Source of the DNA: Actinomycetes bacterium
Lineage (GTDB): Bacteria > Actinomycetota > Acidimicrobiia > Acidimicrobiales > Acidimicrobiaceae
Length of the DNA stretch: 58,594 nucleotides
Assembly: GCA_021784675.1 (NCBI GenBank)
Contig: JAJYHR010000160.1
Coordinates: 1-58,594, forward strand
Reading direction: 5' to 3'
The notes below the pieces were generated by a model. That model had not been told where the DNA came from, did no database searches, and saw only the letters and a program-made list of their open reading frames with translations. A program made the translations under genes and the position numbers. Positions 20,925 through 30,993 of the stretch are shown here, piece by piece (the stretch's first letter is position 1; every line of letters begins with the position of its first letter).

Positions 20925-21193
20925 CTTGCCCGCTCCACTACCCTCACCAGCCTCCAGCGCTTCAGCTTCGAAAGCGGGCGAGTCTCCACCACCTCGACTG
21001 TGTCGCCAACCCGGGCGTCACCGGCGGCGTCGTGGGCGTAAAGCCGCTTCCGCCGCGAGATCGTCCGCTGGTACCGGGCGTGCCGGACCCGCTGGTTCAC
21101 GACCACCACGATGGTGCTGTCCATAGAGGTCGATACCACGACCCCCTCCCGAACCTTGCGCTGCGGTCGCGCCTTGATCTCCTCGTCCATCAC
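20921..21193 (-). CDS. rpsQ: 30S ribosomal protein S17
   Basis: 90-aa ORF ...[44 protein letters not shown]... Confidence 0.96.
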   Translation of the reverse strand: MMDEEIKARPQRKVREGVVVSTSMDSTIVVVVNQRVRHARYQRTISRRKRLYAHDAAGDARVGDTVEVVETRPLSKLKRWRLVRVVERAR

Positions 21194-21399
21194 TGAACCC
21201 TCGCTCCCTCGCGGCGCATCTCGCCGATTACGGTCTCGATCCTTGCGATCTCCCGCTTCAACGCCTTGAACCGCGCCGTCTCCGTACCCTGCCCGCTAGC
21301 GATCGCGAAGCGAAGCTTGAACAGATCGCTCTTGGTCTCCTTGAGCTTCTCGGTCAGCTCCGGAATTCGCAGCTCCCTCAGCTCTCCAGCACTCGTCAT
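21190..21399 (-). CDS. rpmC: 50S ribosomal protein L29
   Basis: ATG 21397-21399 gives the 69-aa protein [37 protein letters not shown]... The 241-aa track ORF is an out-of-frame read-through of rplP. Confidence 0.93.
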   Translation of the reverse strand: MTSAGELRELRIPELTEKLKETKSDLFKLRFAIASGQGTETARFKALKREIARIETVIGEMRREGARVQ

Positions 21400-21833
21400 C
21401 GAGCACCTCCAACGGCAGCCTCCAGGCCCTCCTTGACCACGAACCGGGCTTTGATCGGAAGCTTCTGGATCGCCCTCTCCATCGCGGCTCGCCCGAGCTC
21501 CTCGCTGACGCCGTCCAGCTCGAAAAGAATTTTGCCCGGCTTGACGACCGCGACCCATAGCTCTGGGTTGCCCTTCCCGGACCCCATCCGGGTCTCGGCC
21601 GGCTTCTTGGTCACCGGCTTGTCCGGGAAGACCCGGATCCAGACCTTGCCACCGCGGCGCACGTGGCGGGTCATGGCGACACGGGCCGCCTCGATCTGCC
21701 GAGCGCTGATCCACCCCGGCTCCAGGGCCTGGATGCCATAACGGCCGAACGATACCTCGACGCCACCCTTGGCAACGCCGTCGCGCCGGCCGCGGTGAGT
21801 CTTCCGATGCTTCACTTTGCGGGGCATGAGCAC
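21396..21833 (-). CDS. rplP: 50S ribosomal protein L16
   Basis: 145-aa [27 protein letters not shown]... Confidence 0.98.
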   Translation of the reverse strand: MLMPRKVKHRKTHRGRRDGVAKGGVEVSFGRYGIQALEPGWISARQIEAARVAMTRHVRRGGKVWIRVFPDKPVTKKPAETRMGSGKGNPELWVAVVKPGKILFELDGVSEELGRAAMERAIQKLPIKARFVVKEGLEAAVGGAR

Positions 21834-21835
21834 GG

Positions 21836-22735
21836 CTAATCCACCTCCTTCTTGAAGTGAGGCGCCTCGCGCCCCTCCTCCTTGGTGCGGCGCTCGATCT
21901 CCTCCTCCTCGGCAAGCAGGCGCTCCAGCTCCTCCGGAACCGGCTCGGTCACGACCTGATCCACGACCTCCGGAACCTCCTGCACCTCAGGAGCAACAAC
22001 ATCGTCGACGGGCTGCCGCCTCCGGCCTCCGCCTGCGGTGATGATCCGCTTCGGCCGCGGTTCGGAGACCGGCCGCGCACGGGTAGCAGCGGCCGCCACC
22101 ATCTGATACGGGACCACATCGCCCTTGTAGATCCAGACCTTGACCCCAACAAGCCCCGAGTTGGTCCGGGCCTCGCGGATGCCAAAGTCGATATCGGCCC
22201 GGAGCGTGTGCCTCGGGACCCGACCCTCACGGTGGGTCTCCCGCCGAGCCATCTCGGCACCGCCGAGCCGGCCGGAGCACTGGACGGTAACTCCGCGCCC
22301 ACCGTCCTTCATCACGATCTGGATCGATCGCTTCATCGCCCGGCGAAAACTCACCCGGCGGGCGATCTGGTCAGCGATGCTCTGGGCGACCAGCGTAGCG
22401 TCCAGCTCTGGCTGCCGGACCTCCTCGACGTTCAACTGGACCCGGGGGTACCCGGTCATCCGCTCCAGCACCTGCCGCAGCCGGTCGACCTCCGCACCCT
22501 TCTTCCCGATCACGATGCCCGGGCGGGCGGTATGGATGTCGACCTTGATCCGGTCGCGAGTCCGCTCGATGTCGATGCGCGAGACGGCAGCGGTGGCCAG
22601 CTCCCTCATCAGCCACGACCTTACCTGGTAGTCCTGAACCACCCACTTCTGGTAGTCCTTGTCCGCGTACCACCGCGACTTCCAATCGGTTACGACTCCC
22701 AAGCGGAACCCGTACGGGTGAACCTTCTGGCCCAT
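21836..22735 (-). CDS. rpsC: 30S ribosomal protein S3 (long acidic C-terminal tail)
   Basis: 299-aa [27 protein letters not shown]... with KH domain and S3-C. About 75 extra C-terminal residues are rich in E/V/P. Confidence 0.97.
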   Translation of the reverse strand: MGQKVHPYGFRLGVVTDWKSRWYADKDYQKWVVQDYQVRSWLMRELATAAVSRIDIERTRDRIKVDIHTARPGIVIGKKGAEVDRLRQVLERMTGYPRVQLNVEEVRQPELDATLVAQSIADQIARRVSFRRAMKRSIQIVMKDGGRGVTVQCSGRLGGAEMARRETHREGRVPRHTLRADIDFGIREARTNSGLVGVKVWIYKGDVVPYQMVAAAATRARPVSEPRPKRIITAGGGRRRQPVDDVVAPEVQEVPEVVDQVVTEPVPEELERLLAEEEEIERRTKEEGREAPHFKKEVD

Positions 22736-22738
22736 CAG

Positions 22739-23368
22739 CTACTCGCCCTCCTCTTCGCCGGCCACAGCAGCTGCTTCCTCGCTGCTCTCCTCGGCGACAA
22801 CCACCTCGGGCGCCTCCGCTACCGGAGCCTCCTCGACCTCAACCGCCTCGACCTCAACCGCCTCGACCTCAACCGCCTCCTCCGGAGCGGCCAACGCGGC
22901 CGCCTCCGCTACCGGAGCCTCCTCCGGACGCCGCCTGGAAGAGGCGACCCGCCGAGACCTCTGGCCCGCCTGCTGCTTCGCCTGCTTGGCCGCGCTCCTC
23001 CGCTTCATCTCGTCATCCATCTCCGCCACCACCACGGTGATATGGCAGCTTCGCTTGCGGATCCGGGTGGCCCGGCCGCGGGCCCGGGGCCGAAATCGCT
23101 TGAGCGTCGAACCCTCGTCGGCGTAGGCGAGCGCCACGTAGACCTCGCTGGCCGACAGGCCGAAACGGGTAGCCGCATTGGCAACCGCGGATGCCAGCAC
23201 CTTGCCGACCACCTCTGCCGCCTCCCGGTTGACCAGCGCGAGCGCGACGACCGCCTCTTGAACTGGCTTGTTCCTGATCAGCTCGAGAACCTCTCGCGCC
23301 TTGGTGGCCGACATCCGGTAGTGCCTGAGAACGGCACGCGCCGACGCCTGCTCTTGCAACAGTGCCAC
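22739..23368 (-). CDS. rplV: 50S ribosomal protein L22 (long repetitive C-terminal tail)
   Basis: 209-aa ORF with GTG start. The core reads ...ARAVLRHYRMSATKAREVLELIRNKPVQEA..., and the tail contains EAVEVEAVEVEAVEVEE. Confidence 0.96.
   Translation of the reverse strand: MALLQEQASARAVLRHYRMSATKAREVLELIRNKPVQEAVVALALVNREAAEVVGKVLASAVANAATRFGLSASEVYVALAYADEGSTLKRFRPRARGRATRIRKRSCHITVVVAEMDDEMKRRSAAKQAKQQAGQRSRRVASSRRRPEEAPVAEAAALAAPEEAVEVEAVEVEAVEVEEAPVAEAPEVVVAEESSEEAAAVAGEEEGE
22811..22924 (-). repeat. in-frame coding repeats in the rplV tail: a perfect 15-nt tandem x3 flanked by a 24-nt direct repeat
   Basis: cctcgacctcaaccg occurs at 22831-22845, 22846-22860 and 22861-22875. cgcctccgctaccggagcctcctc occurs at 22811-22834 and 22901-22924. 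Confidence 0.9.
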
Positions 23369-23649
23369 TACCGCCTCCTCGCAGCCTTCTCCTGGCCGGC
23401 GTGGTACCTAAAGGTACGCGTAGGCGCAAACTCGCCCAGCTTGTGACCGACCATCGACTCGGTGACGTACACCGGCACGTGCTTCCGGCCGTCGTGGACC
23501 GCGATGGTGTGCCCGACCATATCGGGAATGATCGTCGACCGGCGTGACCATGTCTTGATCACCCGCTTCTCGTTCTTCGCGTTCAGATCGTCCACCTTCT
23601 TCAGCAGGTGGTCGTCGACGAACGGGCCCTTCTTCAAGCTCCTTGGCAT
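23368..23649 (-). CDS. rpsS: 30S ribosomal protein S19
   Basis: 93-aa [22 protein letters not shown]...[19 protein letters not shown]... Confidence 0.98.
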   Translation of the reverse strand: MPRSLKKGPFVDDHLLKKVDDLNAKNEKRVIKTWSRRSTIIPDMVGHTIAVHDGRKHVPVYVTESMVGHKLGEFAPTRTFRYHAGQEKAARRR

Positions 23650-23651
23650 AC

Positions 23652-24488
23652 CTATCTCCTAGCCCTGCGACCGCGCCGGCGCCTGATGATCAACTTGTCG
23701 GACGGCCGGTGCTTGCGCCGGGTACGCCCTTCGGGCTTGCCCCACGGCGAGACCGGGTGCCTGCCTCCCGAGGTCTTGCCCTCGCCACCGCCGAGCGGGT
23801 GGTCGACCGGGTTCATCGCCACACCCCGGGTCTGCGGACGCACACCCTTCCAGCGGCTCCGGCCTGCCTTCCCGACCGAGATCAGCTCGAACTCGGAGTT
23901 GCCGACCTCGCCGACCGTGGCCCGCGAGTCCAGCGGAACCCTCCTCATCTCGGTAGAGGGGAGCCGCAACGTTGCGTAGGTGTCGTCCTTGCCGACGAGC
24001 TGGACGCTCATGCCGGCGCTCCTGGCGATCTTCCCTCCCTGGCCCGGCCGTAGCTCCACGTTGTGGATCACCGTTCCAACCGGGATCAGTCTCAACGGCA
24101 GCGCGTTACCAGCGGTGATGTCGGCCCCCGGACCCGACTGTACCTTGTCCCCCACCTGGAGCCCCTTGGGAGCCAGGATATAGCGCTTCTCACCATCGTG
24201 ATAGTGCAGAAGCGCGATGCGGGCGTTACGGTTCGGGTCGTACTCGATCGCGGCAACGGTCGCCACGACCCCATCCTTTACCCGCTTGAAGTCGATGATC
24301 CGGTACTGGCGCTTGTGGCCACCACCCCGGTGCCGTGCGGTCTTGTGGCCCATGGCGTTCCGGCCCCCCGAAGAGGACTGGGGCGCCAGCAACGACTTCT
24401 CCGGCTTTGCCTTGGTGATCTCCGAAAAGCTGGATACCGACTGGAACCTCCGGCCGGCGCTTGTTGGCTTTCTCTTGCGTATCGCCAT
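23652..24488 (-). CDS. rplB: 50S ribosomal protein L2
   Basis: 278-aa [21 protein letters not shown]...[29 protein letters not shown]. Confidence 0.98.
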   Translation of the reverse strand: MAIRKRKPTSAGRRFQSVSSFSEITKAKPEKSLLAPQSSSGGRNAMGHKTARHRGGGHKRQYRIIDFKRVKDGVVATVAAIEYDPNRNARIALLHYHDGEKRYILAPKGLQVGDKVQSGPGADITAGNALPLRLIPVGTVIHNVELRPGQGGKIARSAGMSVQLVGKDDTYATLRLPSTEMRRVPLDSRATVGEVGNSEFELISVGKAGRSRWKGVRPQTRGVAMNPVDHPLGGGEGKTSGGRHPVSPWGKPEGRTRRKHRPSDKLIIRRRRGRRARR

Positions 24489-24496
24489 GCCACTCC

Positions 24497-24793
24497 CTAC
24501 TTCTGCAAAAGCTCGATCTGGAAGCCATCGCGGAGCGTAACGTACGCCAGCTTCCGGTCGGACTCCCGGCTAACCAGGCCCGTCTTCCGGTTCCGCCGGC
24601 TCTTGCCCTTCCGCACCAGGGTGTTGACCTTGGCTACCTTGACGTCGAAAAGCCGCTCCACCGAGCGCTGGATATCTATCTTGGTGGCCCGCGCCTCTAC
24701 CTCAAAGGTGTATACCCCGGAGTCCATGAGACCGTAGCTCTTCTCAGAGACCACCGGACGGCGAAGTACCGAGTACTCGTCAAGCACGCTCAC
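24497..24793 (-). CDS. rplW: 50S ribosomal protein L23
   Basis: 98-aa ORF with GTG start ...[14 protein letters not shown]...[24 protein letters not shown]... Confidence 0.95.
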   Translation of the reverse strand: MSVLDEYSVLRRPVVSEKSYGLMDSGVYTFEVEARATKIDIQRSVERLFDVKVAKVNTLVRKGKSRRNRKTGLVSRESDRKLAYVTLRDGFQIELLQK

Positions 24794-25451
24794 TGCTGCC
24801 TCCCTCTGCGCCAGAGAGGCGCTCGACGGTCTTCAAAAAGCCGCTTTCGGTAAAGATCACCGCGTCCGAGGAGAGAACGGTAGAGGTGAGCAGGGCACCC
24901 GGACTCTGGATCCGCACCTGCGGCAGGTTCCGGAGACTCTTCATCGCCACCACATCGCCTTCGCCAGCGACCAGGGCCACCTTGGAGGCGTCAAACCCCG
25001 CCCCTCCAAGAACCGCGGCCCCTGCCTTGGCCGAGATCGCCGCAAGCGCACCGTCGCCGAGAATGTAGACCGCGCTGCCTTGTGCCCGATCGGAAAGCGC
25101 ATCGCACAGGGCGCCGCGCACCATCTTCTTGGAGACCTTCTGCGAGTGGTCCCGCGGCTTGGGGCCGTGGACCACGCCGCCGCCCTTGTACTGGGGGGCG
25201 CGGATCGAACCCTGGCGAGCGTTTCCGGTGCCCTTCTGGCGGTAGGGCTTGGCACCGCCACCGGCGACCTCGGCGCGGGTCTTGGTCGAGTGGGTACCGC
25301 TGCGCGCGGCCGCCTGCTCAGCCACCACCACCTGGTGCAGCAGCGGAATACGGGGGTCGTGCCCAAAAACCGAAGCCGGGAGCTCCCGCTCGCCGACCAC
25401 AGCTCCCTCGGCCCCGATGACCCTGGCTACCAGACCCTCCGTTGCGGCCAC
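24780..25451 (-). CDS. rplD: 50S ribosomal protein L4
   Basis: 223-aa ORF ...[45 protein letters not shown]... Confidence 0.97.
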   Translation of the reverse strand: MAATEGLVARVIGAEGAVVGERELPASVFGHDPRIPLLHQVVVAEQAAARSGTHSTKTRAEVAGGGAKPYRQKGTGNARQGSIRAPQYKGGGVVHGPKPRDHSQKVSKKMVRGALCDALSDRAQGSAVYILGDGALAAISAKAGAAVLGGAGFDASKVALVAGEGDVVAMKSLRNLPQVRIQSPGALLTSTVLSSDAVIFTESGFLKTVERLSGAEGGSSERA

Positions 25452-25453
25452 AG

Positions 25454-26095
25454 CTACTTCCCACCCTTCACGGTGTCGCGAATGATTACCTTGGCACCAC
25501 GAGGGCCGGGCACGGCCCCCTTGACCAGAATCAGCTGACGCTCGGGCTCGGACCTGACCACCTCGAGGTTGAGCACCGTGGTACGCGTGCCGCCGTAACG
25601 TCCCGCCATCCTGGTGCCCTTGAAAACACGGGCCGGCGTCGCACAGGCTCCGATCGACCCCGGGGCGCGGTGCTTCTTGTGGTTGCCGTGACCGCCACCC
25701 TGCCCCTTGAAGTTGTGGCGCTTCATGCCACCGGAGAAGCCGTGCCCCTTCGAGACCCCAATCACATCGACTCGCTCGCCGCTCGCGATCGCCTGGGCGC
25801 CGATCTCATCCCCAATGCCGTAGCCGGACAGCTCGTCCAGCTTGAACTCCATGATCTCCCGCCCCGGCTCCACCCCGCGAGAGGTGAACTGGCCGAGGAC
25901 CGGCTTGGTGAGCTTCGACGGCTGGACCGCGCCGACCGTCACCTGGAGCGCCTCGTAACCGTCGATCTCTACCGACTTCTTCCGCAGCACGCGCGCGGGT
26001 ATCACCCGGATAACCGTGACCGGTACGACTCGCCCGCCTTCGACCCACACCTGGGTCATGCCAACCTTCTCGCCTACAACTGTCTTAGTAGCCAT
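25454..26095 (-). CDS. rplC: 50S ribosomal protein L3
   Basis: 213-aa ORF with ATG start ...GVSKGHGFSGGMKRHNFKGQGGGHGNHKKHRAPGSIG... Confidence 0.98.
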   Translation of the reverse strand: MATKTVVGEKVGMTQVWVEGGRVVPVTVIRVIPARVLRKKSVEIDGYEALQVTVGAVQPSKLTKPVLGQFTSRGVEPGREIMEFKLDELSGYGIGDEIGAQAIASGERVDVIGVSKGHGFSGGMKRHNFKGQGGGHGNHKKHRAPGSIGACATPARVFKGTRMAGRYGGTRTTVLNLEVVRSEPERQLILVKGAVPGPRGAKVIIRDTVKGGK

Positions 26096-26210
26096 GGATC
26101 CTTCAATCTGGGAATACGCACGCTGGCGTGCCCAAAACCTCTATTTCTGATACGCCGGAGGGTCCCACGGAGGCACAACCGGACTAAGAAACGACCTACC
26201 AATACTAGCG

Positions 26211-26231
26211 GGCGCGACCCTGGGTCGCGCC
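26211..26231 (-). terminator. GC-rich palindromic hairpin 4 nt after the rpsJ stop (possible attenuator; no clear U-tract)
   Basis: GGCGCGACCC-t-GGGTCGCGCC is a perfect 10+10 palindrome, giving about an 8-bp stem with a 5-nt loop. It lies inside the unusually long 140-nt rpsJ-rplC spacer. Confidence 0.3.
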
Positions 26232-26235
26232 ACGC

Positions 26236-26559
26236 CTAGACGTTTTGGATCTTGATCTCGATATCGACTCCCGCCGGCAGCTCCAGCCGCTTCAGCGCGT
26301 CGACCGTCTTCACCGAGTGGTCGACGATATCGAGCAACCGCTTGTGCACCCGCATCTCGAAGTGCTCCCGCGAATCCTTGTACTTGTGCGGGGAGCGGAT
26401 CACCGTGTAACGGTGGATGTCGGTCGGAAGCGGCACCGGACCCACTACCTTTCCCTGGGTGCGGGTCACCGTATCGACAATCCGCTTCGTCGATGTCTCG
26501 AGGATCTCGTGGTCGAACCCCTTGAGCCTTATCCTGATCTTCTGCTTGCTCTCACTCAT
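26236..26559 (-). CDS. rpsJ: 30S ribosomal protein S10
   Basis: The track ORF is over-extended to 26592. ATG 26557-26559 gives [21 protein letters not shown]... Confidence 0.96.
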   Translation of the reverse strand: MSESKQKIRIRLKGFDHEILETSTKRIVDTVTRTQGKVVGPVPLPTDIHRYTVIRSPHKYKDSREHFEMRVHKRLLDIVDHSVKTVDALKRLELPAGVDIEIKIQNV

Positions 26560-26596
26560 CTCGCACCCTGAACTCCTCGCGGCCTGCAACATGGCT

Positions 26597-26624
26597 GTGG
26601 CCCCGGGATACTGCCCGGGGCCAC
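26597..26624 (-). terminator. 11-bp perfect GC-rich hairpin immediately downstream of tuf
   Basis: GTGGCCCCGGG-atactg-CCCGGGGCCAC, 11 nt after the tuf stop. No U-tract follows, so it may be a partial terminator or a processing site. Confidence 0.45.
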
Positions 26625-26635
26625 GCTCGCGCCAC

Positions 26636-27823
26636 CTACTTGATTATCTTGACAACCCGGCCCGCGCCAACGGTCCGGCCACCCTCACGAATGGCGAACC
26701 TGAGACCCTCGTCCATGGCCACTGGCTTGCCCAGCTCCACCGTCATCGCCACGTTGTCGCCCGGCATGACCATCTCGATACCCTCGGGAAGGGTGATGCT
26801 GCCGGTGACGTCGGTGGTCCTGAAGTAGAACTGCGGGCGGTAGTTATTGAAGAACGGCTTGTGCCGCCCGCCCTCTTCCTTGGAGAGCACGTAGACGTTG
26901 GCCTCGAAGGTGGTATGCGGGGTGATCGAGCCCGGCTTGCAGAGCACCTGACCGCGCTCGACATCAGTCTTCTTCGTACCGCGGAGGAGCACGCCGACGT
27001 TGTCACCGGCGAATCCCTCGTCGAGGAGCTTGTTGAACATCTCGACGCCGGTGGCGACGGTCTTCTGGGTCGGCCTCAACCCAACGATCTCGACCTCCTC
27101 GCCAACCTTGACCTTACCGGCCTCGACCTTGCCGGTAACCACGGTGCCACGGCCGGAGATGGTGAAGACGTCCTCTATCGGCATCAGGAAGGGCCGCTCG
27201 ACCGGGCGGTCCGGCACGGGGATGTACTCATCAACCGCAGCCATCAGCTCGACGATCTTGTCCTCCCACGCCTTGTCGCCCTCGAGGGCCTTGAGCGCGG
27301 ACACCCGCACGATCGGAGTGTCGTCACCCGGGAACTCGTACTCGCTCAATAGCTCGCGAACCTCAAGCTCCACCAGGTCGAGCAGCTCCTCGTCGTCGAC
27401 CATGTCGGCCTTGTTGAGCGCGACCACGATGTAAGGGACACCAACCTGGCGCGCAAGCAGGACGTGCTCGCGCGTCTGCGGCATCGGTCCATCGGTGGCC
27501 GCAACGACCAGTATCGCACCATCGACCTGGGCGGCGCCGGTGATCATGTTCTTGATGTAGTCGGCGTGACCCGGCATGTCGACGTGCGCGTAGTGGCGGC
27601 GGTCCGTCTCGTACTCGACGTGCGAGATGGAGATGGTTATTCCGCGGGCCTTCTCCTCCGGCGCGTTGTCAATCTGGTCAAACGACTTGAACTTGACGTT
27701 CGGGTTGCGCTCCGACAGGACCTTGGTGATCGCCGCCGTCAGCGTGGTCTTTCCATGGTCGATATGGCCCATGGTCCCGATGTTCAAGTGGGGCTTGCTC
27801 CGCTCGAACTTTTGCTTTGCCAT
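26636..27823 (-). CDS. tuf: elongation factor Tu
   Basis: 395-aa [37 protein letters not shown]... Confidence 0.99.
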   Translation of the reverse strand: MAKQKFERSKPHLNIGTMGHIDHGKTTLTAAITKVLSERNPNVKFKSFDQIDNAPEEKARGITISISHVEYETDRRHYAHVDMPGHADYIKNMITGAAQVDGAILVVAATDGPMPQTREHVLLARQVGVPYIVVALNKADMVDDEELLDLVELEVRELLSEYEFPGDDTPIVRVSALKALEGDKAWEDKIVELMAAVDEYIPVPDRPVERPFLMPIEDVFTISGRGTVVTGKVEAGKVKVGEEVEIVGLRPTQKTVATGVEMFNKLLDEGFAGDNVGVLLRGTKKTDVERGQVLCKPGSITPHTTFEANVYVLSKEEGGRHKPFFNNYRPQFYFRTTDVTGSITLPEGIEMVMPGDNVAMTVELGKPVAMDEGLRFAIREGGRTVGAGRVVKIIK

Positions 27824-27893
27824 TTTGATGTGCTCCGTTGCTACTCAATGCGCCGAGCCGACGCAGTCATCTTCCACGATAGGTTTACGTAGT

Positions 27894-29981
27894 TTACTCG
27901 CCCCGAACCTTACGGATGATCTCTGCCGCGATCGAATCCGGGACTTCCTGGTAGGCGTGGAACTGCATAGTGTAGGTCGCACGCCCCTGGGTCTTTGAAC
28001 GCAGGTCGGTGGCGTAACCAAACATCTCCGAAAGCGGCACCTGCGCCCGGATCACCTGGTTGTTGCCGACCTGCTCCATCCCCTCCACCCGGCCTCGCCG
28101 CGCAGAGAGATCGCCGATGACATCGCCCATGTAGTCGTCGGGTGTAACCACCTCGACCGCCATGATCGGCTCCAGCAGGACCGGATCCGCCTGGCGTGCC
28201 GCCTTCTTGATCGCGATCGAACCCGCGATCCTGAAGGCCATCTCGGAGGAGTCGACGTCGTGATAGGAGCCGAAGATCAGCGAGACCCGCAGGTCTACCA
28301 CCGGGTACCCGGCGAGCACGCCGGAAACGAGCGCATCCTGGATGCCGGCATCGACCGCCGGGATGTACTCCTTCGGGATAACCCCACCGGTGATCTTGTC
28401 GACGAACTCGTAGCCGCCGCCGGGGCCGAGCGGCTCGACCTTGATCACCACGTGCCCGTACTGCCCGCGCCCACCGGTCTGCCGGATGTACCGCTCCTCC
28501 ACCCGGTCGACCGGCTTGCGAATCGTCTCGCGATAGGCGACCTGCGGCTTGCCCACGTTGGCGTCGACCCTGAACTCGCGGAGCATCCGATCGACGAGCA
28601 CCTCGAGGTGCAACTCGCCCATTCCGGAGATCACCGTCTGCCCGGTCTCCTGGTCTGTCCGCACCCGGAAGGTGGGATCCTCCTCGGAGAGCGCGTAGAG
28701 GGCACGGCTCATCTTCTCCTGGTCGGCCTTGGTCTTGGGCTCCACGGCGACGTGGATCACCGGCTCCGGGAACTCCAGGCTCTCGAGGATCACCTGCTTG
28801 CCGAGATCGCAGAGGGTGTCGCCGGTGGTGGTGTTCTTCAAGCCGACGGCGGCAACGATGTCGCCGGCGTGGACCGCATCGATATCCTCGCGGTGGTTGG
28901 CGTGCATAAGCAGCAGCCGCCCGATCCGCTCCTTCTTGTCCCTGGTCGAGTTGAGCACGGTCGCCCCCTTCTCGAGGGTGCCCGAGTAGACCCGGAAGTA
29001 GGTCAGCTTCCCGACGAAGGGGTCGGTCATGATCTTGAAGGCAAGCGCGGAGAACGGCGCCGACTCCGACGCCTCCCGCTCGACCACCTCGCGGCCGGAC
29101 ATGTCGGTGCCCGTTGCCGCCGAGATGTCCAGCGGCGACGGGAGGTACGCGACTACCGCGTCCAGCAGCGGCTGGACCCCCTTGTTCTTGAACGCGCTGC
29201 CGCAGAGCACGGGGACCACCTGGTTAGCGATAGTGGCCCTCCTGATCGAGGCGGTTAGGAAGCCGGGAGTGATCTCCTCCTCGCCGATGTAGAGCTCCAT
29301 AAGCTCGTCGTCGTAGTTGGAGAGCACGTCAATCAGCTCGTGGTGGGCCTTCTCCGCCTCGGCGGCGAGCGGCGCCGGGATGGCATCCGTGTTGAAGCGG
29401 TCCCCCATCCCCTCCTCCCAGGTGATGGCCTCCATCTTCACCAGGTCGATGACGCCGACAAAGTTGTTCTCCACCCCGATCGGCAGTTGGATCACCAGCG
29501 GAACGGCGTCAAGCCGGTCGCTGATCATCCCGACGCACCGCTCGAAGTTGGCACCGACGCGATCCATCTTGTTGACGAAGCAGATCCGCGGAACCCCGTA
29601 CTTGTTGCCCTGCCGCCAGACGGTCTCGGTCTGGGGCTCGACCCCCGCGACCGCGTCGAAGACGGCGACCGCCCCGTCGAGCACCCGCAGGCTCCGCTCC
29701 ACCTCCACGGTGAAGTCGACGTGCCCGGGGGTGTCGATGATATTGATCCGGTAGTCCTTCCAGAACGCGGTGGTAGCAGCGGAGGTGATGGTGATGCCTC
29801 GCTCCTGCTCCTGCGGCATCCAGTCCATGGTCGCCGCACCCTCGTGAACCTCACCGATCTTGTAGTTCTTCCCGGTGTAGTAGAGGATCCGCTCGGTGGT
29901 AGTCGTCTTTCCGGCGTCGATATGCGCCATGATGCCGATGTTGCGAAGCCGCTCTAGCGACACTTCACGTGGTGGAGCCAT
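27894..29981 (-). CDS. fusA: elongation factor G
   Basis: 695-aa ORF ...[26 protein letters not shown]... Confidence 0.99.
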   Translation of the reverse strand: MAPPREVSLERLRNIGIMAHIDAGKTTTTERILYYTGKNYKIGEVHEGAATMDWMPQEQERGITITSAATTAFWKDYRINIIDTPGHVDFTVEVERSLRVLDGAVAVFDAVAGVEPQTETVWRQGNKYGVPRICFVNKMDRVGANFERCVGMISDRLDAVPLVIQLPIGVENNFVGVIDLVKMEAITWEEGMGDRFNTDAIPAPLAAEAEKAHHELIDVLSNYDDELMELYIGEEEITPGFLTASIRRATIANQVVPVLCGSAFKNKGVQPLLDAVVAYLPSPLDISAATGTDMSGREVVEREASESAPFSALAFKIMTDPFVGKLTYFRVYSGTLEKGATVLNSTRDKKERIGRLLLMHANHREDIDAVHAGDIVAAVGLKNTTTGDTLCDLGKQVILESLEFPEPVIHVAVEPKTKADQEKMSRALYALSEEDPTFRVRTDQETGQTVISGMGELHLEVLVDRMLREFRVDANVGKPQVAYRETIRKPVDRVEERYIRQTGGRGQYGHVVIKVEPLGPGGGYEFVDKITGGVIPKEYIPAVDAGIQDALVSGVLAGYPVVDLRVSLIFGSYHDVDSSEMAFRIAGSIAIKKAARQADPVLLEPIMAVEVVTPDDYMGDVIGDLSARRGRVEGMEQVGNNQVIRAQVPLSEMFGYATDLRSKTQGRATYTMQFHAYQEVPDSIAAEIIRKVRGE

Positions 29982-30019
29982 TATCTCCCACTCCTTTTGA
30001 TCTTCAGTGGCTCTGCCGG

Positions 30020-30490
30020 CTACCAGCGGTAGTGCATGAAGGCGCGGTTCGACTCGGCCATCTTGTGGGTATCGTCCCGCCGCTTGACCGAAGCCCCCAC
30101 TCCGTTCGAGGCGTCGAGGACCTCGTTTGCGAGCCGCTCGACCATGGTCTTCTCCCGCCGGTTCTTGGCGTTGGTGACGATCCAGCGGATGGCCAGCGAG
30201 GTCTGCCGCCTCGGCTTGACCAGCACCGGGACCTGGTAGGTCGCCCCACCAACCCGGCGCGAGCGCACCTCGGTCTCCGGCTTGGTGTTGTCCACCGCGC
30301 GCTTTAGCACCACCAGCGGGTCGCCCCCCACCTTCTCGGCGATGATGTCGAGCGCCTTGTAGACGATGTGCTCAGAGACGGTCTTCTTCCCGTTGCGGAG
30401 GATCTTGTTGATCACCTGGGCGACCAGAACCGAATGGTACACCGGGTCGGCGACAAGCTGCCTTACCGGAACCGGGCCTTTCCTCGGCAT
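30020..30490 (-). CDS. rpsG: 30S ribosomal protein S7
   Basis: 156-aa [23 protein letters not shown]... The ATG overlaps the rpsL stop by 1 nt. Confidence 0.98.
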   Translation of the reverse strand: MPRKGPVPVRQLVADPVYHSVLVAQVINKILRNGKKTVSEHIVYKALDIIAEKVGGDPLVVLKRAVDNTKPETEVRSRRVGGATYQVPVLVKPRRQTSLAIRWIVTNAKNRREKTMVERLANEVLDASNGVGASVKRRDDTHKMAESNRAFMHYRW

Positions 30491-30861
30491 TACTTCTCCC
30501 TCTTCGCGCCGTAGCGGCTGCGAGCCTGCTTGCGGTTCTTAACCCCGGCCGAGTCCAGCGAGCCGCGAACGATCTTGTAGCGGACGCCAGGCAGGTCCTT
30601 GACCCTGCCCCCGCGGACCAGCACGATGGAGTGCTCCTGAAGGTTATGACCGATGCCGGGGATGTACGCGGTCACCTCGGCTCCCGAGGTCAAGCGGACG
30701 CGGGCTACCTTCCGAAGGGCCGAGTTCGGCTTCTTCGGGGTGGTGGTGTAGACCCGGGTGCAGACGCCCCGCCGCTGCGGAGAGCCCTTGAGAGCCGGAG
30801 TCTTGGTCTTGGCTCTCTTGCTCTCGCGGCCCTTCCGCACCAGCTGCGCTATCGTAGGCAC
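30490..30861 (-). CDS. rpsL: 30S ribosomal protein S12
   Basis: 123-aa ORF with GTG start (M)[50 protein letters not shown]... Confidence 0.98.
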   Translation of the reverse strand: MPTIAQLVRKGRESKRAKTKTPALKGSPQRRGVCTRVYTTTPKKPNSALRKVARVRLTSGAEVTAYIPGIGHNLQEHSIVLVRGGRVKDLPGVRYKIVRGSLDSAGVKNRKQARSRYGAKREK

Positions 30862-30907
30862 GGTCTTATTCTCATATCAAAAACAACCTCTCGTAACAGG
30901 AAGCAGA

Positions 30908-30961
30908 GCGGCCCTCCGGGCCGCCACGCAAATCGAGTGCCGGCCCGCCGTGGACCGGCAC
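30908..30961 (-). terminator. two GC-rich hairpins between rpoC and rpsL (rpoC terminator and/or str-operon 5' UTR)
   Basis: GTGCCGG-N11-CCGGCAC at 30937-30961, and GCGGCCC-tcc-GGGCCGC at 30908-30924. Confidence 0.4.
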
Positions 30962-30969
30962 AAACCAAC

Positions 30970-30978
30970 ATTGTACCA
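30970..30978 (-). promoter_or_regulatory. extended -10-like element TGgTACAAT on the minus strand, 15 nt after the rpoC stop
   Basis: Plus-strand attgtacca is the reverse complement of TGGTACAAT. It lies about 110 nt upstream of the rpsL GTG. Confidence 0.3.
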
Positions 30979-30993
30979 CCGCAGATGGGGCTG

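Noticed and set aside
21190-21915. A 241-aa minus-strand ORF spanning rplP
   Set aside because: Only its last 69 codons, from ATG 21397-21399, are real and encode L29. The upstream part is an out-of-frame read-through of rplP and the rpsC 3' end, with Arg/Gly/Pro-rich content.
22831-22875. Perfect 15-nt tandem repeats that could be mistaken for a mini-CRISPR or VNTR locus
   Set aside because: They are in frame inside the rplV coding tail, have no spacers, and the unit is far shorter than a CRISPR repeat. They are reported as coding repeats instead.
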